Part shown: piece by piece, positions 45,919 to 55,838 of the stretch
Position numbering within the stretch: position 1 is the stretch's first letter
How the letters are laid out: each line of letters opens with the position of its first letter
Assembly (NCBI GenBank): GCA_963674545.2
Contig: CAXXFB010000001.1
Span: forward strand, 6,881-70,880
Length of the DNA: 64,000 bases
Direction of reading: 5' to 3'
DNA from: Christensenellaceae bacterium
GTDB taxonomy: Bacteria > Bacillota > Clostridia > Christensenellales > SZUA-584
The notes under the pieces: generated by a model
Told to the model about the DNA's origin: nothing
Databases searched by the model: none
What the model saw: the letters and a program-made list of their open reading frames with translations, nothing else
Program-made: the position numbers and the translations under genes

Positions 45919-46707
45919 ATGAATGTACTCGATAGTTTTTCACTGAAAGGCAAAGTTGCGTTGGTAACCGGAGGAGCGGGAAAATACGGCAGGCAGATAC
46001 TTGAAGCTGTAGCGGAAGCCGGAGCAGTAACGTATGTGGCGGCAAGGAACTTAAAGGCGCTGCAGGAAGTTGCGGACGAGCTGAATGAGCGTGGCTTTGA
46101 CGTGCGTGCGTGTCAGTATGACCAGGGCAAGGAAGAGACTATTCTTGCACTAAGGGATCATATCGTTAAAGAAAGCGGCAGAGTGGATATCCTTGTGAAC
46201 AACTCAGTTGCAAGGCTGGTGAATTCATGGGATAACGATCGTGAAGTATTTATGGAAAGTCTCAATATAAATGCAGCCGGAGTTTTTTCTATGTGTCGTG
46301 CTTTCGGTGACGTGATGAAGAAGCAGAACAGCGGCTCTATCATAAACATAGGAAGCATATACGGCATGGTCGGTTATGACCCAAGTTTATATATTGGTAC
46401 AGATATGGTAAGTGCAGACCCTCATCCGGCATATTACGTTGAAAAGGGCGGAATGATAATGCTTACGAAGTTCCTTGGAAGCTATCTCGGTAAAAACAAT
46501 ATTAGAGTCAACTGTATAAGCCCGGGAGGTTATTATACCGAGCAAACAAACAAGAAATTTCTTGAAAGATATAACAACAAGACGTTCCTTGGCAGGATGG
46601 CTAACGATGAAGACTTAAAAGGAATCATAGTATTCCTTGCTTCAGACGCATCGCAGTATGTTACCGGTACGAACATTCCTGTGGACGGCGGATTGACTGC
46701 AAAATAG
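45919..46707 (+). CDS. Short-chain dehydrogenase/reductase (SDR)
   Basis: VTGGAGKYGRQI (variant Gly motif), NNSV, YYVEK catalytic pair, PGG. Confidence 0.8.
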   Translation: MNVLDSFSLKGKVALVTGGAGKYGRQILEAVAEAGAVTYVAARNLKALQEVADELNERGFDVRACQYDQGKEETILALRDHIVKESGRVDILVNNSVARLVNSWDNDREVFMESLNINAAGVFSMCRAFGDVMKKQNSGSIINIGSIYGMVGYDPSLYIGTDMVSADPHPAYYVEKGGMIMLTKFLGSYLGKNNIRVNCISPGGYYTEQTNKKFLERYNNKTFLGRMANDEDLKGIIVFLASDASQYVTGTNIPVDGGLTAK

Positions 46708-46722
46708 AAAGCAGGCAAATGT

Positions 46723-47709
46723 ATGTATATTTTAAACGAGAACGACGGGGTGCTTGCAAAAGAGCTGGGGAACTTTGTGCCGAAAAGCGTATTTGATATG
46801 CACATGCACATATATCGCACGGCGGATTTGGCATTGCCCGAAAACAGCCTTATTAAAAACGGAGGCGATGTTGAGGGCATATCAAGTATTAAACAATATT
46901 ATGCGAAAATGCTTCCGTCAACAACGCTTGAAGGAGGACTTGCTATAGGTTTCCCGACAGTCGGCTGCGATAAAGAAGCTGTAAACGAATTCGTTTCCAG
47001 TGAAGTGAGAGCAAGTGCAACCTTCAAAGGGTCAATATGTATCGACCCATCTGACGAAGCGTCTGCAAGACGGCTGGTTGAAGAGAATCCGGATATAATC
47101 GGACTTAAACCATATCATCTATTTGCGGACAGGAAGGTGACCTGGGATGCGCAGATAGAGGAATACCTTCCGGAATGGGCGTTTAAGCTGGCGGACGAGA
47201 ACGGACTGCTGATAACACTGCATATGGTGAAGGACGATGCAATAGCAGACCCTGGCAACCAGGGAACGATAAGAAACATGTGCGAAAAGTACCCGAATGC
47301 AAGGCTGATACTTGCTCATGCGGCAAGGTGTTTTCATGCGCCTAACGCTTTAAAGGGGCTGCCTGCTCTGGAAGGAATTGATAACGTGTGGTTCGATTCA
47401 TCGGCTATATGCGAGGTTGAACCGCTGTTGGAGATACTCCTTCGCTTTGGATCGGAAAGACTGGTATGGGGCAGTGACTATCCTGTATGCTGCACTCGAG
47501 GCAGAGCGGTCACAATGGGGCTGGATTTTATCTGGCTGGATGAAAGATCGGTTAATTGGGATAAGCTAAATACAAAGTGCAGACCCGCTGTTGTTGGGCT
47601 TGAGTCTTTGCGTGCTCTGCAAAGTGCATGCAGATATGCAGGGCTTAATAGCAGAGATGTTGAAGACATCTTTTCGGGAAACGCAAAAAAATTATTAGGT
47701 ATAAAATGA
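46723..47709 (+). CDS. Amidohydrolase-2 (PF04909-type) protein
   Basis: FDMHMHIY (HxH), ITLHMV, LAHAARCF, GSDYP. Confidence 0.7.
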   Translation: MYILNENDGVLAKELGNFVPKSVFDMHMHIYRTADLALPENSLIKNGGDVEGISSIKQYYAKMLPSTTLEGGLAIGFPTVGCDKEAVNEFVSSEVRASATFKGSICIDPSDEASARRLVEENPDIIGLKPYHLFADRKVTWDAQIEEYLPEWAFKLADENGLLITLHMVKDDAIADPGNQGTIRNMCEKYPNARLILAHAARCFHAPNALKGLPALEGIDNVWFDSSAICEVEPLLEILLRFGSERLVWGSDYPVCCTRGRAVTMGLDFIWLDERSVNWDKLNTKCRPAVVGLESLRALQSACRYAGLNSRDVEDIFSGNAKKLLGIK

Positions 47710-48797
47710 TACTGACAAATGTAAACATAGTGTTGCGAAACAGGATTATTCATGGTTCGCTGAAAATAGAAAACGGCAAAATCGTGAATATTTCGGATTC
47801 TGCCGCTGATGGGATTGAATGCGGCGGCCTCTTTGCAGGCCCCGGGTTTATTGATACACATTGCCACGGCGGAGATGACACCTGGTTTTTTGATGACCCG
47901 GCAAAGGCAACGGATTTTCATATGCTACATGGTACGACAACAATACTTGCATCGCTCTGGAGGAATGCAGGCAAAGGCGGCTATGTGAATGCTGTGAACA
48001 AGGTGAAAGAGGTTATAGAAAGCGGAAAGTCTCCGAATCTTCTTGGTATTCACATGGAAGGTCCATACTTAGATAAAGATTACGGCAGCGAAGGCGGCAG
48101 AAGCTATCCGATAGAACCTGAAGAGTATTGCTCTATAATCAGAAATGCAGACGGCCTTATAAAACAGTGGACATTTGATCCTTTGCAGAGCGGCGCAGAG
48201 GAGTTTGCAGCCGCGTGCTGTGATAATTCTATAGCTTTAGGGATATGCTATTCCAAAGCGACGTCGCAAGATATAGAGCGATATAAAAAATACGGTCTAA
48301 AAATCGGCAACCATATAATGTGCGGCAGCGGGAAGCCGAAAACGAAATTCGGCGGAACTGTTGAAGCGGGCTCAGATGAATATGTGCTTGCAAACGATGA
48401 TATGTATGCTGAGCTGATATGCGATTCTATGGGAGCGCACGTGAGGCACGAAAATATAATAATTACATATAAGTGCAAGGGATCCGGGCGGACAATACTG
48501 GTCACAGACTACTGTGCAGACGGTGATTCGCTGGGCAGCGATGTAAACATAATTAACGGGGAGCTTTATGGAAGCAAGCTGACTATGGATGTGGCCTGTC
48601 GCAACTTCGCAAAGCATACAGGTGCGGGCCTGCCGGAGGTTTTCCGGGCGGCATCAACAACTGCTGCAGAGTTCCTTGGATTAAAGCGCACCGGCAGCAT
48701 AAAAAAAGGCTATATTGCGGATATTGTTATCTGTGATGAAGAGTTTAGAGTTTTCGGTGTTATTAAAAACGGCGAGTTCGTAAGAAAAGATTTTTAA
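47706..48797 (+). CDS. NagA-like amidohydrolase, second paralogue
   Basis: FIDTHCHGG, HMEGPYLDKDYG, AELICDSMGAHV and ILVTDY are in the same motif order as 34337-35476. Overlaps the upstream stop by 4 nt. Confidence 0.65.
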   Translation: MILTNVNIVLRNRIIHGSLKIENGKIVNISDSAADGIECGGLFAGPGFIDTHCHGGDDTWFFDDPAKATDFHMLHGTTTILASLWRNAGKGGYVNAVNKVKEVIESGKSPNLLGIHMEGPYLDKDYGSEGGRSYPIEPEEYCSIIRNADGLIKQWTFDPLQSGAEEFAAACCDNSIALGICYSKATSQDIERYKKYGLKIGNHIMCGSGKPKTKFGGTVEAGSDEYVLANDDMYAELICDSMGAHVRHENIIITYKCKGSGRTILVTDYCADGDSLGSDVNIINGELYGSKLTMDVACRNFAKHTGAGLPEVFRAASTTAAEFLGLKRTGSIKKGYIADIVICDEEFRVFGVIKNGEFVRKDF

Positions 48798-48826
48798 AGC
48801 CGGGGTATTTTTATACCACCGGCTTT
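48796..48826. terminator. Bidirectional terminator between convergent genes
   Basis: AAAGCCGGGGTA-TTTTTA-TACCACCGGCTTT (one bulged base). Confidence 0.6.
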
Positions 48827-48836
48827 ATAGTACATA

Positions 48837-49781
48837 TTATTTGCCGCTCTTTGAAGGGTCAGTGTCCCATAGGCGGGGGAACAACAGAAATTCAGGCACC
48901 TGCTTGAAATACTCAAACAGCTCCTGCTTCAGTTCAGATGAAAGCGACGGACCGTTCAGCAGTTTTATGTTCTGCTCTATATGGTCGCTGTTGTCTGCAC
49001 CTACAACAAGGCTGTCGATCTCGTCCATATCTCGTGCATAACCGAATGTAAGCTCTGCCATGCTCATACCTGTTCGCTCGCATGTCTCATGCAGTTTCTC
49101 TAGGAAAGGTTTCGCTTCATTAAGATTGCCAACAAGCTCATTTGTATCAAGAAAATACAGCCCCTGCATGAAAACGGAGCGTGTATATACATATATTCCG
49201 CGCTGCTTCAACTCTTTTAGTATACCGTTTACGATATTCCGTGTATCAAATATATTGAAAGGCATCTGTATGCATGTAAACAGATCATATTCCAGCATCT
49301 TACGGGTTTCTGCAGGGTAGTTAGTTGATACTCCTATGTTCTCTGCAAGCCCCTGTGATTTGACTTTTGCAAGTGCGTTTACCAGAGCGTCTTCGTGTGT
49401 AAAAAGGTCGTCAGGGCTATGAAGCATTATATTCCTTACTCTATTCATCTGAAGGCGCTCAAGGCAAGTTTCAACATAATTGAAGACAGCACTTTCAACT
49501 TCATGTGCAGCAGTTCCTTTCGGAAGGTCTATACGTATCTTGGTAGTTATCTGAGCTGCCTGTGCTGCTTTTTTGTTATGACTGAAGAATTTGCCGAGAA
49601 CTACCTCGGAGTCGCCGTAGAATGCGGCGGTATCAAATGATGTTATACCATTGCGTGTGGCTGTTTCAAGCATATCGAATGCCTTTTCCAGAGAAGGCTT
49701 GCCGGCCTTGTTTGCAACACCGTAATTAAGGCCCAGCTGAACTGTGCCGAGCGTGAGTTTTGATAAACTTGCATTGCTCAT
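48837..49781 (-). CDS. Aldo/keto reductase
   Basis: LTLGTVQLG, SFDTAAFYGDSE, NIMLHSP, IGVSTN. Confidence 0.8.
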   Translation of the reverse strand: MSNASLSKLTLGTVQLGLNYGVANKAGKPSLEKAFDMLETATRNGITSFDTAAFYGDSEVVLGKFFSHNKKAAQAAQITTKIRIDLPKGTAAHEVESAVFNYVETCLERLQMNRVRNIMLHSPDDLFTHEDALVNALAKVKSQGLAENIGVSTNYPAETRKMLEYDLFTCIQMPFNIFDTRNIVNGILKELKQRGIYVYTRSVFMQGLYFLDTNELVGNLNEAKPFLEKLHETCERTGMSMAELTFGYARDMDEIDSLVVGADNSDHIEQNIKLLNGPSLSSELKQELFEYFKQVPEFLLFPRLWDTDPSKSGK

Positions 49782-49986
49782 GATATGTATAACTCCTTGC
49801 TTTTATTGTGATAATATGACTATAGAATAAACGTAAGAAGGGATGCAGTCAACAGCTTTATAGAAAAAAACTATTAAATTTCTAATAGGTGGTTGACAAA
49901 TCCTGCTCACATGATAATATAACCTAAAGCATATAAAAGAAGAATTCCACAAAACTAATTTAATAAATAGTGTGAGGGATAAGATT

Positions 49987-51345
49987 ATGAGCAAAAACGA
50001 TGATGCCGCAATAAGCAAAACGCAGAAGCTCTACAACTATGCAAAAACAATAATACCCGGAGGCACGCAGCTTTTAAGTAAACGCCCGGAGATGATGGCG
50101 CCAGAATACTGGCCGGCATATTTCAGTGAAGCAAAGGGCTGTGAGGTATGGGATATAGATGGGAAACATTATTATGACATGTCGACGAACAGCGTCGGGG
50201 CATGTCTTTTAGGTTATGCAGACCCGGATGTTACGAAGGCAGTTACAGAAAGGATAAACAAAGGCAGCATTAGCACTCTTAATGCACCGGAAGATGTTTG
50301 GCTGGCTGAGAAGCTGTTTGAGATTCACCCTTGGGCACAAATGGCAAGGTTTGCAAGAACTGGCGGAGAAACTGCTGCGATAGCTGTCAGGATAGCTAGG
50401 GCAGCTACAGGAAAATCTAAAGTTGCAGTTTCAGGGTATAACGGCTGGCACGACTGGTACATAGCTGCTAATCTTGGCAAAGATGACGAAGAAAAGGGAA
50501 CGATTCTTCCCGGCTTTTATACGGATGGAGTGCCGATAGAGCTTCGTGGAACCAATATACCGTTTGCCCAAGGGGGTATGATAGACCAGCATCCGTCAGT
50601 AAAAGATTTCGACGGCATGATGGCGCAGCATGCAGAAAGCCTTGCAGCGATAATAATGGAGCCGTGCAGAGGTAAAGACCCGGATCCGGGCTATTTAGAG
50701 CACGTAAGGGAGCAAACGAAGAAGCACGGTATAGTGCTGATATTTGATGAGATATCGATAGCCTGGCGGCGCAACCTCGGCGGAGCTCACCTTGCGTTTG
50801 GTGTCAATCCTGACATTGCTATATTCTCAAAAGCCCTTGGGAACGGACACCCCATAGGAGCAGTGATAGGAACTAGGGATGTAATGGAAGCTGCCAGCAA
50901 TGCATTTATAAGCAGTACATACTGGACGGAGGCTGTCGGCCCGGTTGCTGCACTTGCAACGATAGATAAAATGATTAAAACAAATGTGTCGCAGCACACA
51001 AGGCAGATCGGCACTGCGATATTAGAAAACATAAGCAGGCTTAAAGAAAAGCACGGGCTGCCCGTCAGGGTATCAGGCGGGATGCCGTGTCTTGCCCACT
51101 TCGAATTTGCTCACGAGCTTTCACAATCGCTCATCACTCTTTACATACGGTTGATGCTGGACAGAGGCTTTTTATCCGGCCCGTCTACTTACGTAACGCT
51201 GGCACATACGCCTCATATAGTTGAAAAATATGCTCAGGCGATGGATGAAGTTTTTTATGAAATAGCAGGCCATTTAAAGAACGGGACGGTGCTAGATGCT
51301 ATAGACGGCAACACAGCATATTTCGGATTCAAAAGACTGCTGTGA
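49987..51345 (+). CDS. Class III aminotransferase (glutamate-1-semialdehyde aminomutase-like)
   Basis: IIPGGTQLLSKRP, FARTGGETAAIAVRIAR, LIFDEISIAWR, FSKALGNGHPIGAV (PLP Lys). Confidence 0.8.
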   Translation: MSKNDDAAISKTQKLYNYAKTIIPGGTQLLSKRPEMMAPEYWPAYFSEAKGCEVWDIDGKHYYDMSTNSVGACLLGYADPDVTKAVTERINKGSISTLNAPEDVWLAEKLFEIHPWAQMARFARTGGETAAIAVRIARAATGKSKVAVSGYNGWHDWYIAANLGKDDEEKGTILPGFYTDGVPIELRGTNIPFAQGGMIDQHPSVKDFDGMMAQHAESLAAIIMEPCRGKDPDPGYLEHVREQTKKHGIVLIFDEISIAWRRNLGGAHLAFGVNPDIAIFSKALGNGHPIGAVIGTRDVMEAASNAFISSTYWTEAVGPVAALATIDKMIKTNVSQHTRQIGTAILENISRLKEKHGLPVRVSGGMPCLAHFEFAHELSQSLITLYIRLMLDRGFLSGPSTYVTLAHTPHIVEKYAQAMDEVFYEIAGHLKNGTVLDAIDGNTAYFGFKRLL

Positions 51346-51452
51346 GGTTGATCTTATATTAAGAAAAAGTGTTTTTTCAGCGTCGCAATTTGTTAAAACG
51401 GACATCTTTGGATTAAAAATGACCGTTTGACAAAGGACGGCACATGGCGTTC

Positions 51453-51481
51453 TTGACAAAGAAAGGCAATGGGCATATAGT
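51453..51481 (+). promoter_or_regulatory. Candidate promoter for the aldolase operon (second of two TTGACAAAG repeats)
   Basis: TTGACA (51453-51458), 17-nt spacer, TATAGT (51476-51481). A near-copy of the -35 region lies 26 bp upstream (51427-51447). Confidence 0.45.
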
Positions 51482-51591
51482 CTTACTTGTTTATGCCAAA
51501 GGCCGTAGCGCAGAATAACTTTTTGGCTTCTGGAAGGAGCCATGATAAACATAAAATAATGCAGTGTAAAGCTGTGTAAAAAGGAGTTAAT

Positions 51592-52374
51592 ATGGGTAAA
51601 TACGGTATGAGGGACAGCAGGATATTAAGAAAGATGAGAGCTGGCGAGACGGCTCTTTCGGTAAAGCTCAATTCCAGCGATGTAAGAGTATGCGAGATTG
51701 CTGCGATGACGGGTTTTGACTGTGTGTGGTCAGATATGGAGCACGTACCGAACGACTATCATGCTGTAGAAATGCAAAGATACGCATGCTCGCTTTACGA
51801 CGTAGACCTGCTCGTAAGGGTTCAGCGTGGAGGCTACAGTGACTATATCAAGCCGCTGGAGCTCGGCGCTACAGGAATAATGGTTCCGCATATAATGAGC
51901 GCAGAGGATGCAAGGAAAGTCGCAAGGATGACAAAGTTCCACCCGATCGGGCTTCGCCCATGGGACGGCGGCAATGCAGACGGTAAATACTGTCTTGTCG
52001 AAAACGAAGAATATTTGAGCAAATCCAACAGTGAACGTTTCGTTATAGTCCAGATAGAGGACCACGAGCCGCTTGCAGAGATAGACGAGATATGTCAGGT
52101 CGAAGGCATCGATATGATACTCTTTGGGCCTGGAGATTTCTCGCAGTCTATAGGCTGCCCCGGAGACTTCAGCGACAAACGTATTGCAGAAACGAGAGAG
52201 CTAGTAGCTAAAAAAGCAAAACAATACGGAAAGTTTGCGGGAACGGTCGGCGGACCGGGCAACTACCGCCAGCTTGTAGATATGGGGTATGACTTTATAA
52301 ACGTTGGTGCAGACGTTGTCGGCCTCTGGCAGTATTTCGAGGACATACTGGAGCAGATCGAAAAATTAAAATAG
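51592..52374 (+). CDS. HpcH/HpaI-family class II (metal-dependent) 2-keto-3-deoxy-acid aldolase
   Basis: LSVKLNSSDVRVCEIAAMTGFDCVWSDMEH, IVQIED, ILFGPGDFS. Confidence 0.8.
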   Translation: MGKYGMRDSRILRKMRAGETALSVKLNSSDVRVCEIAAMTGFDCVWSDMEHVPNDYHAVEMQRYACSLYDVDLLVRVQRGGYSDYIKPLELGATGIMVPHIMSAEDARKVARMTKFHPIGLRPWDGGNADGKYCLVENEEYLSKSNSERFVIVQIEDHEPLAEIDEICQVEGIDMILFGPGDFSQSIGCPGDFSDKRIAETRELVAKKAKQYGKFAGTVGGPGNYRQLVDMGYDFINVGADVVGLWQYFEDILEQIEKLK

Positions 52375-52430
52375 GTTTATGAATACTGTTGAGTGCAGGA
52401 AAAGCATTATAATAACAATTTAAACGAGCA

Positions 52431-52464
52431 AGGGCGTGCAGGCTTTCCTGTATGCCCTTTTTTA
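52431..52464 (+). terminator. Rho-independent terminator
   Basis: AGGGCGTGCAGG-CTTT-CCTGTATGCCCT (two G-U pairs) followed by a T-run. Confidence 0.65.
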
Positions 52465-52482
52465 TGAAAAACGGAGGTTATA

Positions 52483-53418
52483 ATGAATAAAAAGTTTAAA
52501 GAGACCCGGGATAAGATGAAGGGGCCGCTTGTGCCTATAAACCCTGCCTTTAAAGAAGACGGCAGTCTAGATATCGATTCAACCTGCAGGTGGATAAACT
52601 GGCTTGTTGAAAACGGTATAAAAAACTTCTGGACGACGGGCGGCACGACGCATTATTTCTGTCTGACGGACGAAGAGATATTTACGCTGAACAAAGAGAT
52701 TGCCGATTGTATCGGCGGACGTGCCACATTCATAGCTTCGGTTAATTGGCATTGGCCGTTGCCTATGATGAAAAGGTTTATTGATTTTGCAGCAGATTGC
52801 GGTATAGATGTTGTAAAAATTATGCTGGACGCCCGTTTCCACCCTAAGGAACAGTCAAAGCTTGACTGCTATGCACAGATAGCAAAGGATTCACCGCTTC
52901 CGCTGCTTGCTTATTCGCTAGCGCCGGATATGCTTAAGTATGATTCACTAAAAGAACTGATAAATATTCCAGAATATATCGGACTTAAGAATGATGCTGG
53001 AGACTTCTATCAAAATTTCCAATATCTCCGTATAGCAAGACAGCTGCGGGAAGAATTCATGATAATAACGGGAGGAACTATATCATCGTTTATGATGGGA
53101 TATAATTTCGGGCAGCGTATATACGGTGATGTGGTCGCAATGTACAGCCCCAAAACTTCACTAGAGTGTTACGAAGCTATAAAAGCCGGTGACATTAAGA
53201 CAGCAAGTGATATTGTAAAGGAATACGAAGAGCCTATAATGCAGGCAAGTTTCGAGATACCGGATGGTTACTGGACGGTATATCACACAATACTTAAGGT
53301 AAAGGGACTGTTCGATAGCAACCATGTGCGATATCCGCAGGCAACACTTACCGGGAACTTGAAGGGAATTGCGGCGAGATATGTACCGGAGCGTGACCTT
53401 GAACCGGTGATAGTATAA
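52483..53418 (+). CDS. DapA/NAL-family class I (Schiff-base) lyase/aldolase, divergent
   Basis: 311 aa. TTGGTTHYFCLTDEE stands in place of the GSTGE motif. YIGLKNDAGD carries the Schiff-base Lys as in GIKEASGD. Confidence 0.6.
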   Translation: MNKKFKETRDKMKGPLVPINPAFKEDGSLDIDSTCRWINWLVENGIKNFWTTGGTTHYFCLTDEEIFTLNKEIADCIGGRATFIASVNWHWPLPMMKRFIDFAADCGIDVVKIMLDARFHPKEQSKLDCYAQIAKDSPLPLLAYSLAPDMLKYDSLKELINIPEYIGLKNDAGDFYQNFQYLRIARQLREEFMIITGGTISSFMMGYNFGQRIYGDVVAMYSPKTSLECYEAIKAGDIKTASDIVKEYEEPIMQASFEIPDGYWTVYHTILKVKGLFDSNHVRYPQATLTGNLKGIAARYVPERDLEPVIV

Positions 53419-53432
53419 ACAGGAGAAGGATA

Positions 53433-54164
53433 TTGATACCATACGACAATCATGTGCACACGCATTTCGCATATTGCTCGGACGACGATATGCTGCCGGA
53501 AGCTACTACAGCTATAGCTGTAGTAAAAGGCTGTGGCATAAGCATTGTTGAGCATGCGGCACATTTGTACACAACGAATGAATTGTATCAATCAGGTGAT
53601 TTCATTGAAATGCCGCAGGTCGTACTTGATGAAGAAAACAGCCGTATGAACGGGTATATAAAGTACGTAAAGCGGTTTGCGGCAGATAACGTTAAGCTTG
53701 GGCTGGAGGTTGAAGTTTTCTCTGACGGCAGCCTGACTCTAAAAGATGAGCACAGTGGCCTTTGGGACGTGCTGCTTGGAGCTGTCCATTTTGTACCAAG
53801 AAGGTTTGCTGATAGCCTTACAAAGGGATTTATCTGGTCGCTGGAGGCGTTTGCAAACTGCGGTGTGGACATAATCGCACACCCGTTCAGACTGTTCTTA
53901 AGAGCAGGAATGAACCCACCGAAGAATGAATATAAAACCGTAGTAGATATACTCCGTAAGAACTGCATTGCAGCAGAGCTCAACTTTCATTACAACAGCC
54001 CGGATGAAGCGTTTTTTAAGATGTGCGTAGAAAACGGAGTTAAAATATCGCTGGGCAGCGACGCCCACAGCCTGTTAGAAGTATGCGACCTTGATGAACA
54101 TTTCAGCATGCTGAGAAGCGTTTGCGGTGGTGAGGATCTTCAAAAGGTGATATACTATCCTTAA
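53433..54164 (+). CDS. PHP-domain phosphoesterase (histidinol-phosphatase-like fold)
   Basis: YDNHVHTHFAYCSDD (HxH + D), VEHA, GAVHF, IIAHP, SLGSDAH. TTG start. Confidence 0.7.
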   Translation: MIPYDNHVHTHFAYCSDDDMLPEATTAIAVVKGCGISIVEHAAHLYTTNELYQSGDFIEMPQVVLDEENSRMNGYIKYVKRFAADNVKLGLEVEVFSDGSLTLKDEHSGLWDVLLGAVHFVPRRFADSLTKGFIWSLEAFANCGVDIIAHPFRLFLRAGMNPPKNEYKTVVDILRKNCIAAELNFHYNSPDEAFFKMCVENGVKISLGSDAHSLLEVCDLDEHFSMLRSVCGGEDLQKVIYYP

Positions 54165-54185
54165 TTTAGTTAAGGAGAAAAAAAG

Positions 54186-54935
54186 TTGAAGATAGGGATA
54201 TTCGGCGACCTTCACTATGCTAAAGACAAACAGTACGGTGAGCGGTATTGCAGCCTTTCATTAGAGAAGCTTGATGTGCTTATAGATGTTTTTAACAGGC
54301 AAGAGGTAGACTTTTGTGTGTGCCTCGGCGATACAATAGATTCGTCGCACGACGAGGCTGAGGATCTTGCAAATTTGAATGCAGTAAACCAAAAACTAAA
54401 AAGTCTTAGCTGCCCGACACACTTCTGTCTTGGCAACCACGACCTTGATGCTATGGATAAAACTTCTTTCCGAAAAGCTGTTCAATCAGAAAACGAGATG
54501 CCGTACTATTCACTAATACACGATAATATATTGTTTGTGTTTATGGACGGCAACAACAGGATCGACTCGGAATACAGGAATGGCAACTTCGACTGGACTG
54601 TGGCTTATGTTGACCAGGAACAGATCATGTGGCTTAGACAGCAGCTTGGCAATGAAAATATAAGCAAAGTTTTTGTATTTATCCATCAAAACCTTGATGA
54701 GCGTATGATTGAAGGAAGACCGGATCCGCACGTCGTTAAAAACGATGCGGTAGTAAGAGAAACCCTGCAGAGAAGTGGCAAAAGCATAACAGTGTTTCAG
54801 GGGCACGACCACAATGGCGGCGACAGGACGATAAACAAAATAAGATATATCACATTGCGAGCGGTAGTAGACGGCAGTGATACAGAAAAAGTTCCGTATG
54901 CGGTAGTAGAGACAGGCAAGCAGACAGATATATAA
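54186..54935 (+). CDS. Calcineurin-like metallophosphoesterase
   Basis: IFGDLH, CLGDTID, GNHD, FIHQ, GHDH motif series. TTG start. Confidence 0.8.
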   Translation: MKIGIFGDLHYAKDKQYGERYCSLSLEKLDVLIDVFNRQEVDFCVCLGDTIDSSHDEAEDLANLNAVNQKLKSLSCPTHFCLGNHDLDAMDKTSFRKAVQSENEMPYYSLIHDNILFVFMDGNNRIDSEYRNGNFDWTVAYVDQEQIMWLRQQLGNENISKVFVFIHQNLDERMIEGRPDPHVVKNDAVVRETLQRSGKSITVFQGHDHNGGDRTINKIRYITLRAVVDGSDTEKVPYAVVETGKQTDI

Positions 54936-54952
54936 ACCGTGTAATTATTAAT

Positions 54953-54976
54953 ACGCCTTTCGGGGCGTTTTGTTTT
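54953..54976 (+). terminator. Rho-independent terminator
   Basis: ACGCCT-TTCG-GGGCGT followed by TTTTGTTTT. Confidence 0.6.
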
Positions 54977-55103
54977 GTCAGGCTGCGGCACGTAGTTGAC
55001 CGTAAAATATACGGGGTATATAATTGCAGTATAAACCATATAAATTGTAAGATGAATTAAAGAACAAATTAATAGATAGTTTATAATACAAAGGGGAATA
55101 CTT

Positions 55104-55805
55104 ATGAACAGTAATGATTTTAAACCGGGTTCTATGGCAAAGTATATCGATCATACATTGCTGAAACCGCAGGCTACAAAAGAACAGATAAAAAAAGTAT
55201 GCGACGAAGCAAAGCAGTATAATTTCGCAAGCGTGTGCGTTAATCCATGCTATATAGACTTTGTGGCACAAGAGATTAAAAGCAGCGGTGTTGCGCCGTG
55301 CGTGGTAATAGGCTTTCCGCTGGGAGCAACCTTGCCGGAGATCAAAGCAGCTGAAACAAAAGCAGTAATAGAGCTTGGCGCAAAAGAAGTGGATATGGTA
55401 GTAAACATAGGCGCAATAAAATCCTGCGACTGGTCACTTGTACAGCAGGATATTGAAGCAGTAGTTTCTGCGGCAGAGGGTAAAGCTCTGGTTAAAACGA
55501 TAATAGAGACGTGCCTTTTAACGGACAATGAGAAAATAAAGGTATGCTCTTTGGCAAAACAGGCGGGAGCAGACTTTGTAAAAACTTCTACAGGTTTCTC
55601 GACCGGAGGGGCAACTGAGCATGACGTTAAGCTGATGAGGCAGGCCGTCGGACCGGATATGGGGGTGAAAGCTTCCGGAGGTGTAAGGGACTATGAAACT
55701 GCTGTAAAGATGATAAAAGCAGGGGCAACAAGGCTGGGGACAAGTTCCGGCGTCGCAATAGTTTCGGGCAGCCAAGCGCAGCAAAAAAGCGGCGATAATT
55801 ATTAA
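55104..55805 (+). CDS. deoC: Deoxyribose-phosphate aldolase (canonical DeoC)
   Basis: [62 protein letters not shown]. Confidence 0.92.
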   Translation: MNSNDFKPGSMAKYIDHTLLKPQATKEQIKKVCDEAKQYNFASVCVNPCYIDFVAQEIKSSGVAPCVVIGFPLGATLPEIKAAETKAVIELGAKEVDMVVNIGAIKSCDWSLVQQDIEAVVSAAEGKALVKTIIETCLLTDNEKIKVCSLAKQAGADFVKTSTGFSTGGATEHDVKLMRQAVGPDMGVKASGGVRDYETAVKMIKAGATRLGTSSGVAIVSGSQAQQKSGDNY

Positions 55806-55838
55806 TACACATAATATAGACATAAACAGAAAGGAAGA

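Noticed and set aside
41535-54164. HisD-like gene plus PHP (histidinol-phosphatase-like) gene as a fragmented histidine operon
   Set aside because: No hisG, hisB, hisA, hisF, hisH, hisI or hisC-type (class II) genes are present. The two genes are 10 kb apart in different transcription units with catabolic neighbours.
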